Assembly (NCBI GenBank): GCA_026025075.1
Contig: JAPEUI010000044.1
Span: 62,001-125,718 of the forward strand
Length of the DNA stretch: 63,718 nucleotides
Direction of reading: 5' to 3'
Source of the DNA: Vezdaea acicularis
Taxonomy: Eukaryota
In this document: positions 13,083 to 23,951 of the stretch, one piece after another
Layout of the letters: each line of letters starts with the position of its first letter
Position numbering within the stretch: position 1 is the first letter of the stretch
The notes under the pieces: generated by a model
The model's input: only the letters and a program-made list of their open reading frames with translations
The model's database searches: none
What the model was told of the DNA's origin: nothing
Translations under genes and position numbers: made by a program

Positions 13083-14961
13083 ATGGGTGAGAATGTACGG
13101 AATCATGGGGATGCGGAGTCGGGGGATATAGGCCCCGCACGATCACCTCCGACTTCACCTCCGATTTCTAGTCTCGAGCCTACAGTGGACTCACGCCGGT
13201 TACCCGACGAAGAGCGACAGGTGCAGTTCTTAAACTCTCACGACTCCAGCTTCTCCTCCTCCCAACGATCACCACACGATGGTTCTCCAAACTCAGAGAA
13301 AGTCGCCGCCAAGGGAAGCCCCTCCGAACCCTCCATTCGACAGCGCAAGGGCCCACGTCGAGCAAAGACCAACTACGAAGATGTAGAGGTTGAAGATCGC
13401 CACTTCTCCCACAAATACATGATCCGGCGCCCGCGCGCTCTGCAATACACTCTCCACGGGAGGCTCATCAGACTCGCGAGCAACACGCCTAGCGAGCATG
13501 GTAGCTCCCACGGCGGCGGCGGCGGCGGGTCCGACACCTCTCTACGCTCGACCGACAACGCGGCGACGCAGCGAGCCCGCCTCGACCTCTTCATCGACCT
13601 GATCTGGGTCGGCATCATCGGCAATATCGCCGAGCACTACAGCACGCAAGCCTTCGACGCCGAGAGCAAGGTCTCGGCCGGACACGCCCTGCTCGAATAC
13701 CTGGTCCTCCTCCTACCCGCCGTGCGCATCTGGAACGCCCTCCGCGACTTCCTCAACCACTTCTACGTCGACGACATGCTGCAGCGCTGGTTCGTCAACT
13801 GGGTCTTGGTCGTCATGTTCGCCTTTGGGAACAACGCCCCCTACCTCCTCGGCTCCTCCGCAGACGCCACCGACCTCTCCCACCCTGCCGCCCACACCAC
13901 CGGCGCCTTAGTCATCAGCCTCTACCTCATCGCCCGCGCCAGCTTCCTCCTCATCGAAGCCGCCTACAGCATCGCCATCCCCTGGCTCCGCCGGCACGTC
14001 CGCGCACAATGGCTCGTCTCCATCCCCAGCAGCGCCATGTGGGTCGCCGGGCTCTTCCTTCCCTGGCCCGGCTCCGCCGGCCTCTGGCTCGGCGCCATCA
14101 TCGTTGAGTTCTGCTCCTCGGCCTTTCTGGCTTCGCCCTACGCCGATCGCCTCTTGCACCAGGGCTACCGCAAAGCGGACGATGATACCCACATGGTCGA
14201 GCGCGTTGGCAGCTTTTTCATCATTGTGGTCGGCTCCGGCGTCTTTCTGCTCATCAATAAAAGCCCCACCGGCCCCGGCCTCAATACCCGTCTCGCCTCC
14301 GGCGTCTTTTCCGTCCTCATTCTCTACGTCCTCACCTGGCTCTACTTCAACGGCGGCCAGGAAAAACGCTTCGTCCACGCCGTCCGCCGCGTCTGGTGGC
14401 GCAAAGCCGCCTGGTACACGTTAGTTCCCCTCTTTCCCCCCAACACCCAACCGTCTAACCCCCTCCTCTCCCAAAAACAGGCTCCACATCCCTCTAATAT
14501 CCTCCCTCCTCCTCTTCGGCGTCTGCCTCCAATACCTCGTCCTCCACGCCTCCTCCTCCTCCGACCCCTCCCTCTCCACCCCGTTACTCCACACAGTCCA
14601 CACCGTAACATCCATCTCCCTCTCCGCCGTCCTCCTCTGCACCACCCTCCTCGCCCTACTCAACCACTCCCTCGACCCTCCCCATACCCTTGTAATCAAC
14701 AACAAACTCCTCCGTCTCGCCGCCCGCCCCCTCGCGATCCTCGCCGTCCTCGCTCTCCTCATTCGCGGGAATTGGTCTAGTATAGCTTTTCTGGGCGTGG
14801 TCACGCCTGTCGTTTGGGTCGTGCTGCTGTGGGAATGGTATGCCGGCCGAGAAGCCGGTGGAGGGGTCCTAGAGAGCTGGTGGTGGAAGAAAGAGGAGGC
14901 GGTTGAGGTGGTGGAGGAGCGTGTTCGGGCGGAGTTCGCGGCGGGGGCGGCGGGGGTGTGA
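13083..14961 (+). CDS. Low temperature requirement A (LtrA)-like multi-pass membrane protein
   Basis: LDLFIDLIWVGII and HMVERVGSFFIIVVG motifs typical of LtrA family; intron 14420-14480 (GTTAGT...CTAAC...CAG) restores LHIPLISSLLL and further TM segments to TGA 14959-14961. Confidence 0.8.
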
Positions 14962-15365
14962 GTGCCGTTGTGTGAATTTTTTGGCGGCTTGGAAGTGTGG
15001 GCGTAGGATTGGGCTTTTGGGGTTTGGGGGGGAGAGCGTTTGTGGGTGTGTTGTTATGTTGTTATGATGATATTTAAGTGTCCATGTCATCTGATGACCC
15101 CCTGCTCTTAAACGGGCAGCGCATACACGCGTCCTTATCCGTCCCGTCTCGAGAGAGACAGGCTTTTCTTTCACAGCGATATCAGCTACGGAAATCGCTG
15201 AGGTATAGAGGGGGGGGGGGTGGCATGGAGAAAAGTTCCGTCTAGCCGCCAAGTAGGAGAAACGGATGGGGGAGGCGGGATACATTTCCCCTCAAGCAGA
15301 AAAAAGCGGAAGGGGAAGTTTGAATATCGCGCGCGTATCAGAGTCTGTTGAACAGTATATACAGC

Positions 15366-15452
15366 TTCTCTTCTCTCTCCCATTTCCCCCCTTTCACCTC
15401 CCTTTTCCCCTCCTTTTCTCTCCCTTTCCCTCCCCTCCCCTCCCACCCCCTC
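15366..15452. repeat. Polypyrimidine/polypurine low-complexity tract
   Basis: About 87 bp almost purely C/T on + strand, directly 3' of the SEC11 stop. Confidence 0.8.
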
Positions 15453-15462
15453 AAAAAACCAC

Positions 15463-16071
15463 TCACTCCCTCTGCAACATAACCGCCAACCCCATAATCC
15501 CCAACATAACCGTCTTCAACCAGGGATACTCGCTCAACAGAATCGTCACATAGCCCACCAGCGGCACATACCCGACCACACTCCCGATGATATCGCTTTC
15601 GCGGTCCAGATAGTCCTGTCCCGGTGCGTATAACTCGTGGTCGTCGGCAAGGTTGTTGTCGCCTTTTGTTAGGAGGCGCAGGGGGGTTTTGCTGGTAGGG
15701 GGAGGGGGGGGTTAGTTTTTTTGCTGTGCTGGAGAAGAGGAAAGAGGGACTACGCACCCATCCCCTCCACCGCCAAACCGCCTAACAACACGATGCACGA
15801 TCGGGATTTCCTTATCCTTGACGTTATACACCACCACCTCTCCCACGCTTGTATCCCCCGCCCAATTCCGATTCCAAAGAAACAAAAGATCCCCCCGCTG
15901 AAACGCCGGTTCCATACTCCCGCTCAACACGACCACGATCGGCGAGGGGGAGTTCGTGGCTATGGACAGGGTTTTCCAGAGCATGAATGCGGTGGAGAGC
16001 ACGAGTCCGAAGTTGAGGAGTTGCGAAGCGAGAAGGCGGGGGTTGAGCTGGGTGGGGAGGAGGGAGGTCAT
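15463..16071 (-). CDS. SEC11: Signal peptidase complex catalytic subunit SEC11 (peptidase S26B)
   Basis: [30 protein letters not shown]; after intron ~15692-15757 [16 protein letters not shown] and [20 protein letters not shown]...LQRE*. Confidence 0.96.
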
Positions 16072-16762
16072 GGTGGGGTTTGTGGTCGTGTTGTGGTTGC
16101 GTTGGTGGTTGTTGTAGTGGTGAGGGTGGGAAGGGAGCGGAGCTGAGCTGAACTGGGCTGAACTGCTATATCGCAGGGCCAATTGCGTGATTAAGCTGCT
16201 ACGGGCGTGCGGGGAAAAGGAAGGAAAGAATGGAATTTCGTCCAAGGCACGGCGATGCGAGGACGTTTTGTTCCTCAAGCGCGGTCGAGCATCTTTCGCT
16301 TTTGAAGGGTTGAGGACAGATCGGCGGCGGCGGCTTCGCTTGTCGCGGGGAGCCGCCCACGCCGATGCGAAAAAGGCGCCGGGCGGGCGTGGCGGCACGT
16401 TAAGTGTGGTGGGCTTTATCCCACGCTGTGTGTAGGGCCATTATTCGTTCAATGAGGTAGTGTGCCATGAGTCAACTGCTCAAGACCCCGTGTCTTCCGC
16501 CAGGATAGAGTATATGACTATTTCATAGGTGCGGACCTTTTCTCTGTGTGAGTTCCATGAATCCGCACGTTGACCTTCAGACTTTATTCGTACATGTATA
16601 CAACCTACGCCAAAAGCCATCATTGCTAGGACGCGTAAAAGCCCCTATTCCCGCCGGACCCCAAAGATCCTGGTTTAAAAACATAAGTATGATGCTACCC
16701 AAGTCCAAGTCCGTTCCCATTTCCCATTTTCCTAAACCATCCGGTACTCCTATACCATCGTC

Positions 16763-19109
16763 CTACTTCACCCCCGCCGTATGCACCGCCGTCCGCATCA
16801 CGGTCCACCCCTTCTCCCACGGTTCCAGAAGCACCAACCTACCCGGCAAGGGCCACACCCTATCCTCACTGCGATTATACAAGTCCACCACAAGCCGAAA
16901 CTGCTTCGCCAAGCTCGCAAACAGGAACCGCACAAAGTCGTCCTCGTGGACATTCATGAGCTTTACCCTTAGCTTGGACAGCGGCTTGATCGCGCCGAGC
17001 AAAGCCGAGGTAGCGCGCGGATTGTCCTGCACGAGGTACAAGGCCGAGAGGAGGTACATCAGCAGATCGCTGTCTTTGCGGGAGACCTGCTCGCGGAGGA
17101 TCTTGACGAAGGCTTTGGCGAAGAGCACGGCGCAGATCTCGGGGAACTCGGGCGGCCAGCGGTGTAGAAGGACCCTCTGGGTTTCGATGCCGCTGATCTT
17201 CTTGAATGCGGTGTAGATCTCGGCTGGTATGGCTGGGATGGAAGCGTCCTTGAGGAACTGGGGGAGCACGACAAGAGCCTCGTCGATGGTGCAGTTTTCC
17301 TGAATGTACTCATTAAGGTCTGGGCTCGGCGTGCCGAAAAGCGTTGAAATGTCAAGCTCCGTTGTAGTCCTCTTCAGCTGTTGGAACCCTGCAAGTTTTG
17401 GTATTCTTCTGATCAGTTCCACACACCTTGCAACGACCAACGGAATCTCCCCACAAATCTCCGGAGTTGTTCCGTCATGGTTCCAGACGACAATTGCCAA
17501 CGGACACGCTGGATTGAGTCTAAGCGCAGACGCGCGTGGGGCGAAGAACTTGATGGGAAGCATGAACTGCTGCTGTTGCCCTTCCATAGCAGCCGGACAC
17601 AGAAGAAGCTCGAGCTCTGAACTCAAGCCTAGCAGCGATAGCGCTTTGTGGGGCGCGTCTGCGAGGTCCTTGGCCTTCGCGCTGACACGTTTCTTGATTG
17701 AAATGATCTTCTCTTGCGATAGATTACCAGCAATGTTCCAGAAGTCCTGCTTGTAGATGAGCCCCAAGCGACGGGCTGTGACCCACTTGGCCCTTCCATC
17801 GGACCTGACGACATCTCGTTGTATCCTTGCGAGCCAATAAGCTCCTCGGTCTTCAATGACCTCGTAAATTTGCCCGCATGTGTATGATAGCTTTGAGCGG
17901 TCTAAGAGTTTTTGATCGGTCACCCGTAGTAGCTCTTCTGGGGCGTACGGACTGACATAGCCGTCACCAGTCCTGTCAGTGTGAGCCAGTACAGTGGAGA
18001 GAACATCTAGTTCAGAAGGGGGAAGTGGCGGCAATTCTTTCTCAATGTTAGGTACAGGAGTCTCTCGTCCGCTCTCAACAATAGGAGGAAGGCCACCGAA
18101 TTGATACAAAGCGCTATTCGAAATGTCCTTAGATACGATTGGTAATGTTATTGCCGCGATATTGGAGATATCCGAAAGGCTTAGACCAGAGAATACCGAC
18201 CATGATACACTATAAGCGCCGGCACTACTGATAGAAAAGACATCTTTACGTTTCCGTGCCCTTCGATATACACGAGATTGCTGCAGGTCTCCATCAAACG
18301 TGAAACCAGACGGATATGTATTTGATCGTTTGGCATCCATTACTGCCGCCATGGAGTCCATGGGCTTTCTAGGAGCTATCGTCTTTGTGTCGATATTGGC
18401 GCTGCTGATGCTTCGCGCTTTGGACCGAGTCGTGGAGGCCATGCGCTTGATTTCCATGGCAGAAATCTTGTTCAAGATCTCTTGGTTGCTTTCAAGCACG
18501 GTGCTCACCAACGCGTTCAGCTGCTCGACTGATTCGTGAGCCTCCTTTGTTGATTGGCTTGAGGAGCAAAGGATCAGCCATCTTTACAGAAACCCTATAT
18601 CAGAGTGAAGAAAATCTGATGCACTGCCTGGAAACTGCTCTTGCTGGCTGCCAGAGAAAGATTAACCATGACGAGACTTACCAGGATATGATTGAAAGCA
18701 GGAACGTCAATGAAGCCTTGTGATTTTGCAAGCGCCGAAGAAGCTCAAGCGCACGCGTCCCTTTGGAGTTCCATTGAGTGAAGAGCCCAGTTCCTTTCCT
18801 CACATCTTCCTCGAACTGGCGAACAAGGACCTCAAGCTCGGAGAAGGTGGTAACACAGTGTGTGAGCGTGATGACCACGCTTTGCAATTGAATCATACAA
18901 GCCCGTGATCTCGGCACGCGGTCTGGCGCCAGCAGGAACGATTGAAGTTGGGTCAACGCAGTGTGAACCTCAGCAACTTCGAAGCTCATGGCCTGCATAG
19001 CACTGACGGTCTCTCTGGCATCGCCGATCAGAGCCCTGAGGACCGACGAGATTTTGGCCGCTGCTGTCAGCAGCCCAACGATTGAGGCGGCCACTGACAA
19101 CGGGTCCAT
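16763..19109 (-). CDS. HeLo-like N-terminal domain protein with SH3-like and degenerate RhoGAP-like C-terminal regions
   Basis: ATG 19109 MDPLSVAASIVGLLTAAAKIS, typical of the fungal N-terminal domain of STAND proteins. Intron 18681-18558 joins in frame to ORF 16763-18511. LSYTCGQIYEVIEDRGAYWLAR...GLIY is SH3-like; IPLVVARCVELI...QFLKDASIPAIP is RhoGAP-like. Confidence 0.72.
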
Positions 19110-19685
19110 ATTGAAGATGACAGAGAGAAAGCAAGAAGACACAAAAGGAAAGCATTGCGTTCATATGTTTGAGCACGAGAACATCAACGCTTTAAGCTTC
19201 GAACCCATTGACTCGTCCACTCATTGTGCAATGCAGTGGCTCATGCATAGCGGACGGCAATCCGCCAATAGCGGAGAGCGAAACCCGTCCAGACGCACGA
19301 TATGGCACATCCTTCTGGCGGGCGCAGCAATTCTCTTACACGCCCATGGCGGCTTTTATCCACTCTCTCCATTCTGCCCCGCCCACGGGAGCATGGGACG
19401 ATCTTCGGAAGAGGGGAAAGGCTTCTCCGCGTCGCAGTGTATTTAAAGAACTGAGGTCGACTGAAGCCAGCCGAACTCTCTTTGGGTGACACCGTAGTTC
19501 GATGTTGGGGGGCTAACGAGGCCGATCTTGAAGCTTGGCGAAACATCCTGGTTGACCCTCGCGTCCACTATTCACATCCCTGTGACGTATCAATGACCTT
19601 ATTCCCATGGTGTAGTACTTTAAAACCAGGAGGCATAGGCCTTCAGATCGTTTTAGTCACGCGAAGGAAAAACATCACATCAAAC

Positions 19686-20049
19686 ATGAGCAGTCAAGTC
19701 ACGGATAAACAAGGAGAGCCCATCCAGGAGGGCGACACGGTTGTGACGCGCATCCGTGGCGGCAAGCGGGAGGGTGGTGTGCGCAACCCTGGTCCCTAGC
19801 TGCCGCAGCCTCGTCCACAAGTGGCTTTGAACTGAGAAAACGCTTGTGTAGGTCGAGAAGATCGTGACGACCGAGGAAGAGGCGCAGGAAGAGGACGTGA
19901 AGAACCCACCAAAGGTACGCGCGCCCTTGCCCGGAGGTGACGGGTGACGGCGAACGTTGCGCTCTGACGTGAGGTACGGACAGGCCATCTTCAACGATCA
20001 GCATGGACACTGGGTGGCCCATAACCCGGGGACGTTGACAAAGGAGTAG
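19686..20049 (+). CDS. Small Hva1 Tudor-like (DUF2945-type) protein
   Basis: Three exons 19686-19778, 19852-19914, 19984-20049 give MSSQVTDKQGEPIQEGDTVVTRIRGGKREGGVEKIVTTEEEAQEEDVKNPPKAIFNDQHGHWVAHNPGTLTKE. CRE-like TGACGTA at 19583-19589 upstream. Confidence 0.82.
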
Positions 20050-20371
20050 GAAGAGTGATGCGGCGCTAGATCCTGATGAGGTTGGTCGTGGGCATATGCG
20101 GAGAGACGTCCGCTTTCCTACTCCCCGATCAAGGTGAGATCGACTTTCGCAAATAGCCGCAATCGAAAACTTCGCCAGTCATACGCAAGAGCTACATGTA
20201 GCGAAAAACGGTTCAATGAATGCTGTTATGTACTACTGTATGCTCGACGGCGATGTAATTGCCGGAGCTTGCCTACCAACACCGACAAAACGTTGTCCGG
20301 CCGTGCCATGCATCTGTCAACTCCACATGCGTGTATATCTCTCTAGGGCAGCCGTTACAAGTCATCACACG

Positions 20372-23063
20372 TTATTCCGCCCTGAGCCGCCGCACCTCCT
20401 CTTCTCCCACGCGGACTTTCCCCCACCCGCCTCTCCGCTCAAAGCAGCTCCCCAGCAGCACCCTCGGGTCGATCTCGCCTCTCGGTAGATTTTGCACGAC
20501 CTGAAACACCTCCATCTCCTCGCCTCCCTTGCCGGCCAGGCTAAGCAATCGCTTCTCCCCGAGCCGGAAGATCGTTAGCGAGACGCGGAAGAGCATTTTC
20601 GGGCCTTCCGCAAAGACGACGTCCCAAACGCGGAGTGTCGTCTCGACCGGCAAGGCCCCGATGAACATCGCCATAAGCCACGGTGTGCAGCACAAGGTGA
20701 TTGGCGGGAGGGCCGGCGTCCGCTTCTCTTCGCGCTGACCGGCCGACGTTGAGGGACGGATCACGCCTCCAACGCCTCGACCTCTCCTCCGGGGAGTCTT
20801 CGGCGCAAAGCCGCCTTCCATATCTCCTCCAACGACGGCCCAGACCTTCGGTAGCCTATTCTTGAGCATTTCCATGAGAGCTTTCTGATCCGTGTTTGCG
20901 CCTTCCAAGCTCTGGGTGTGCGTACCGGGGAGTATCTCTTGCGTGATGTAATCCAGTAGAATAAAGGCTTTCTCCTCGTCCAGAAATAGAAGTAGCATCC
21001 CAGCGATGAAGTTCAGACTTTGGCAATATCCCACCCGGGGATTGTGAAGGGCAAAGGCGCGCAGTAAACGGCGGAGAGCGGTGAAAATAGGAGGCTCGGA
21101 TTTTGATGGTTGGGGAGCGGGAGCAGGTTTGAAGTGGATGTTGTCCGGGAAGGTTCGATGCAAGTCCCGCTCTATTGATTCGATGTCGACTGTGGAACCT
21201 TCGCCTTCCGAGACTCGCGTACAAAGAGACAAATACGCGCCTGAGAGTCGTGAAAGGCGCGCGGGGCCGCCAGAGTAGCAGAACCAAGCGGCTCCGCGCC
21301 AAGGAGCAGGAATCCCTTTGCGGATGAAGCGTTTGATCTTTGGGGACATGGATGGAAAAGTTGTAGGGACGGAGGCCGAGAGGTCAGCGCTCTTCATGAC
21401 ACTCTCCCATTTGTGGCGGCGACGGCTTAGGTATGGCGAATAGGAAGAGTGCCAGCTATTCCAATCAGCTTGTGATTGATATGATGTGGCTTTGTAGAAT
21501 CCATAGCAATCGTAAGGGCTGGAAGTATCGATGAGGGTAGGGTCTGTAAATGGTGGAGGTGTGTGCGACGGTGAACCTGTCAATGGTGTTGAAGTTTCGT
21601 CAGGCTCGGTTGGCGAAGGCATTTGCGTTGGAGAGCTGGGAGCTGCTATGACAGATGATGAACCCAAAGGAGAGGGTACGCGGCTGACAGGGTCTACATT
21701 TAAAGACCCTAATATCTTTGGTGAGCCTGACGCGCTCCCGTGCGCGATCCTAACATCTTTTGGTTCTGAAGTTTCTTCGTCATCCGTATCGTCCGCAAAC
21801 CCGTCAGCATAGAGCCCAATTGCATCATCGACGCTGAATCCACCATCGTCTTTGTACTCTGAAACACGAGTGCTGTGGGTTCCAAAGTCACTGATTGAGC
21901 TGTTCTTCGTAAGAACACTGCTTCGCTCGGTTCCACTTGTTTCAGCAAAGCTCGATGCTATCGTCAAACCTGAACGAAAGCTGGTACGTATCTCTTCGCT
22001 GCCGGCATGTCGATGTAGTGGCGATTCATGCTTCCGTGGAGAAAAGGCGCCACCCTGAGGACTTTGCCCACGATCAGGTCGATAGGCCGAGGCAGGAGGG
22101 TTGTAATTTCGATGTCTTGGGGTTGAAGGACCAACGGAGTGTACTGAATGTACTGAGTGAGAATCTGGGATAGATATTGAGGGTCTTAGAGGAATGGTTG
22201 AGGTAGTAGGAGCTGTCTTTGTTGAAGATACGGATAACCCTCTGTCTCTTAGCCAAGACGGAGGTGGAGGATTGGGAACGCTAGTTTGGCTTTCCTCAGT
22301 CGGGGGTTGAACGTTAGGGTCGGTCTGTGAAAGAGCTTTGGGGCTCTGAGAACGTCGAGGCCGTGGGGCCTTTGTCTGCGCCGTTTGCCATGTCGTGGAT
22401 GATTCTATGGGAGACTCGGCGTTAAATGATTGCTTCCTTGAGTGATTGATGGTATTAGATCTCTCTGAAAGTCGGTATGGAATTTTTGTAGGGTTTGATC
22501 GAAGAGGTGAATGAGGGATGGGTGCGGTATACGATCGGGCTCCGAACAGCGGGCCCCGTAGTGATTGAGGCGACACTGGATATTGGATAGGATTGTTCAC
22601 TCCATCACCACGATATGAAGGAGGAGAATTTGGCGGACTGCGACCGTTTCGACCCAGTTGCGTGTTCGGAAAGGGCTTTTCAAAAGATGGGCGTGAGTCA
22701 ATTCGCGTTGGCAGAGCTGTGGCTACAGCCATTGTTGGTTTTGCTGCTTTCGTGTCTAGATCATACCGACTCCGCTGCCTCTTGACACGCGCATTCCCTT
22801 CGAAACCGGTGCCTTTGTTGTCGTCAAACCATGCTGACTGTCCGCCGGGCCTGCCATCTCCATCTATCATAGTGCCTACTGTCCCACCGCCCTTCCCGCG
22901 TTGGGGCACACCGGGTAATAAGGTACGCTTAATCGTCGAATCTCGGCTGCGGTGAGCAGGATCAACCGCCGGGCAGAGGTCAGGACTTCTTGCCCTTCAT
23001 AGCGGATGGACCTAAATTGACGCACGACACGTGGAAAACCTTGACATTCCCGGGCATAACCAT
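20372..23063 (-). CDS. TBC-domain Rab GTPase-activating protein (Msb3/Gyp3-like)
   Basis: RKGIPAPWRGAAW, IERDLHRTFP (R-finger), GYCQSLNFIAG (Q-finger), LRVWD. Short first exon 23063-23026 inferred to splice (GTGCGT...CTCAC-CGCAG) into ORF 20372-22909; the start is less certain than the domain call. Confidence 0.88.
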
Positions 23064-23951
23064 GGAGCTTTGACGACTGTGAATTGCGTATCGAGCGTCG
23101 GCGGGTGGTCTGGGCAGCTTCAGGACGAGCTTTCCACAATAAGCGCGGGAGCGGTATTTCTGTGGGCGTTTCGCCTACGGCTCCACCGCCGGGAATGTCG
23201 GAAGGCTGATGCTTTTGGCAAGGCCTTTCCTTCTGTTGACGGCGACGTTGACTTTGGCGTAGAAAGCTGTCAACATTCCGCTATGACACTGAGGGATCCT
23301 ACTATGGTCTATATGTCGCAGTGCGGGAGATCCGAGCGAGTGGCCTCTCCGCAACCTGGGTGGTACACAATTTTCGCGACCAAGGATCGGAGCTCTGCCT
23401 CATTTCACATTCCCCTTCCATCATACGCGAGGCAGGAAATTACACGCGACGGGTGTACGGGAAGCTCCCTCGACCGGAGAACGCGTGCGGGTCGCTCGTC
23501 GGACCGGTACGCGATCAGGCACAAAGGATGACAGGGAAGACGTGAAAAACTCCACATGACAGAGGATTCTCAACATCGGGAAGACCGACAGGACCAGCGC
23601 GAGGCGCCGCCTGCGTGATGGGCAAACGTGGCAGGTGCCTCGTGCACCAGCTACGAGTCTCGGCAATTAGTCATAGGGAAGGTAAGCAAATGCAGTCATT
23701 GAGCTGGTAATGCTGAGTCGTCATTATCGCTAGATCCTCCCACTAAGCATGCTACCTGCCAAATTCCAAGTCTATCTGAAAATATCTAAAACCAGACCTT
23801 CGCTTATGTATGCGCCTTGCAATCTAGGCGATGCCCCGTTGACCTCATCGAACCCCCCCCAAGAGAAATCTACCGAACAATAGTTATATTTTCATCCCTG
23901 AGGACGCCTCATGACAAAGTTAATGAAAATGAACGACGTTGATTAGGCTCG

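Noticed and set aside
14420..14780. Pro/Arg-rich tail of the 565-aa ORF
   Set aside because: Read-through of intron 14420-14480; the spliced frame gives TM helices instead.
15182..15194. Near match to the 18S rRNA 3' end (TTTCCGTAGGTGA), suggesting a snR45/U13-type guide
   Set aside because: Only ~13 nt with a mismatch, and the guide elements expected for snR45/U13 (complementary to GGAAGGAUCAU and GUAACAAG) are absent.
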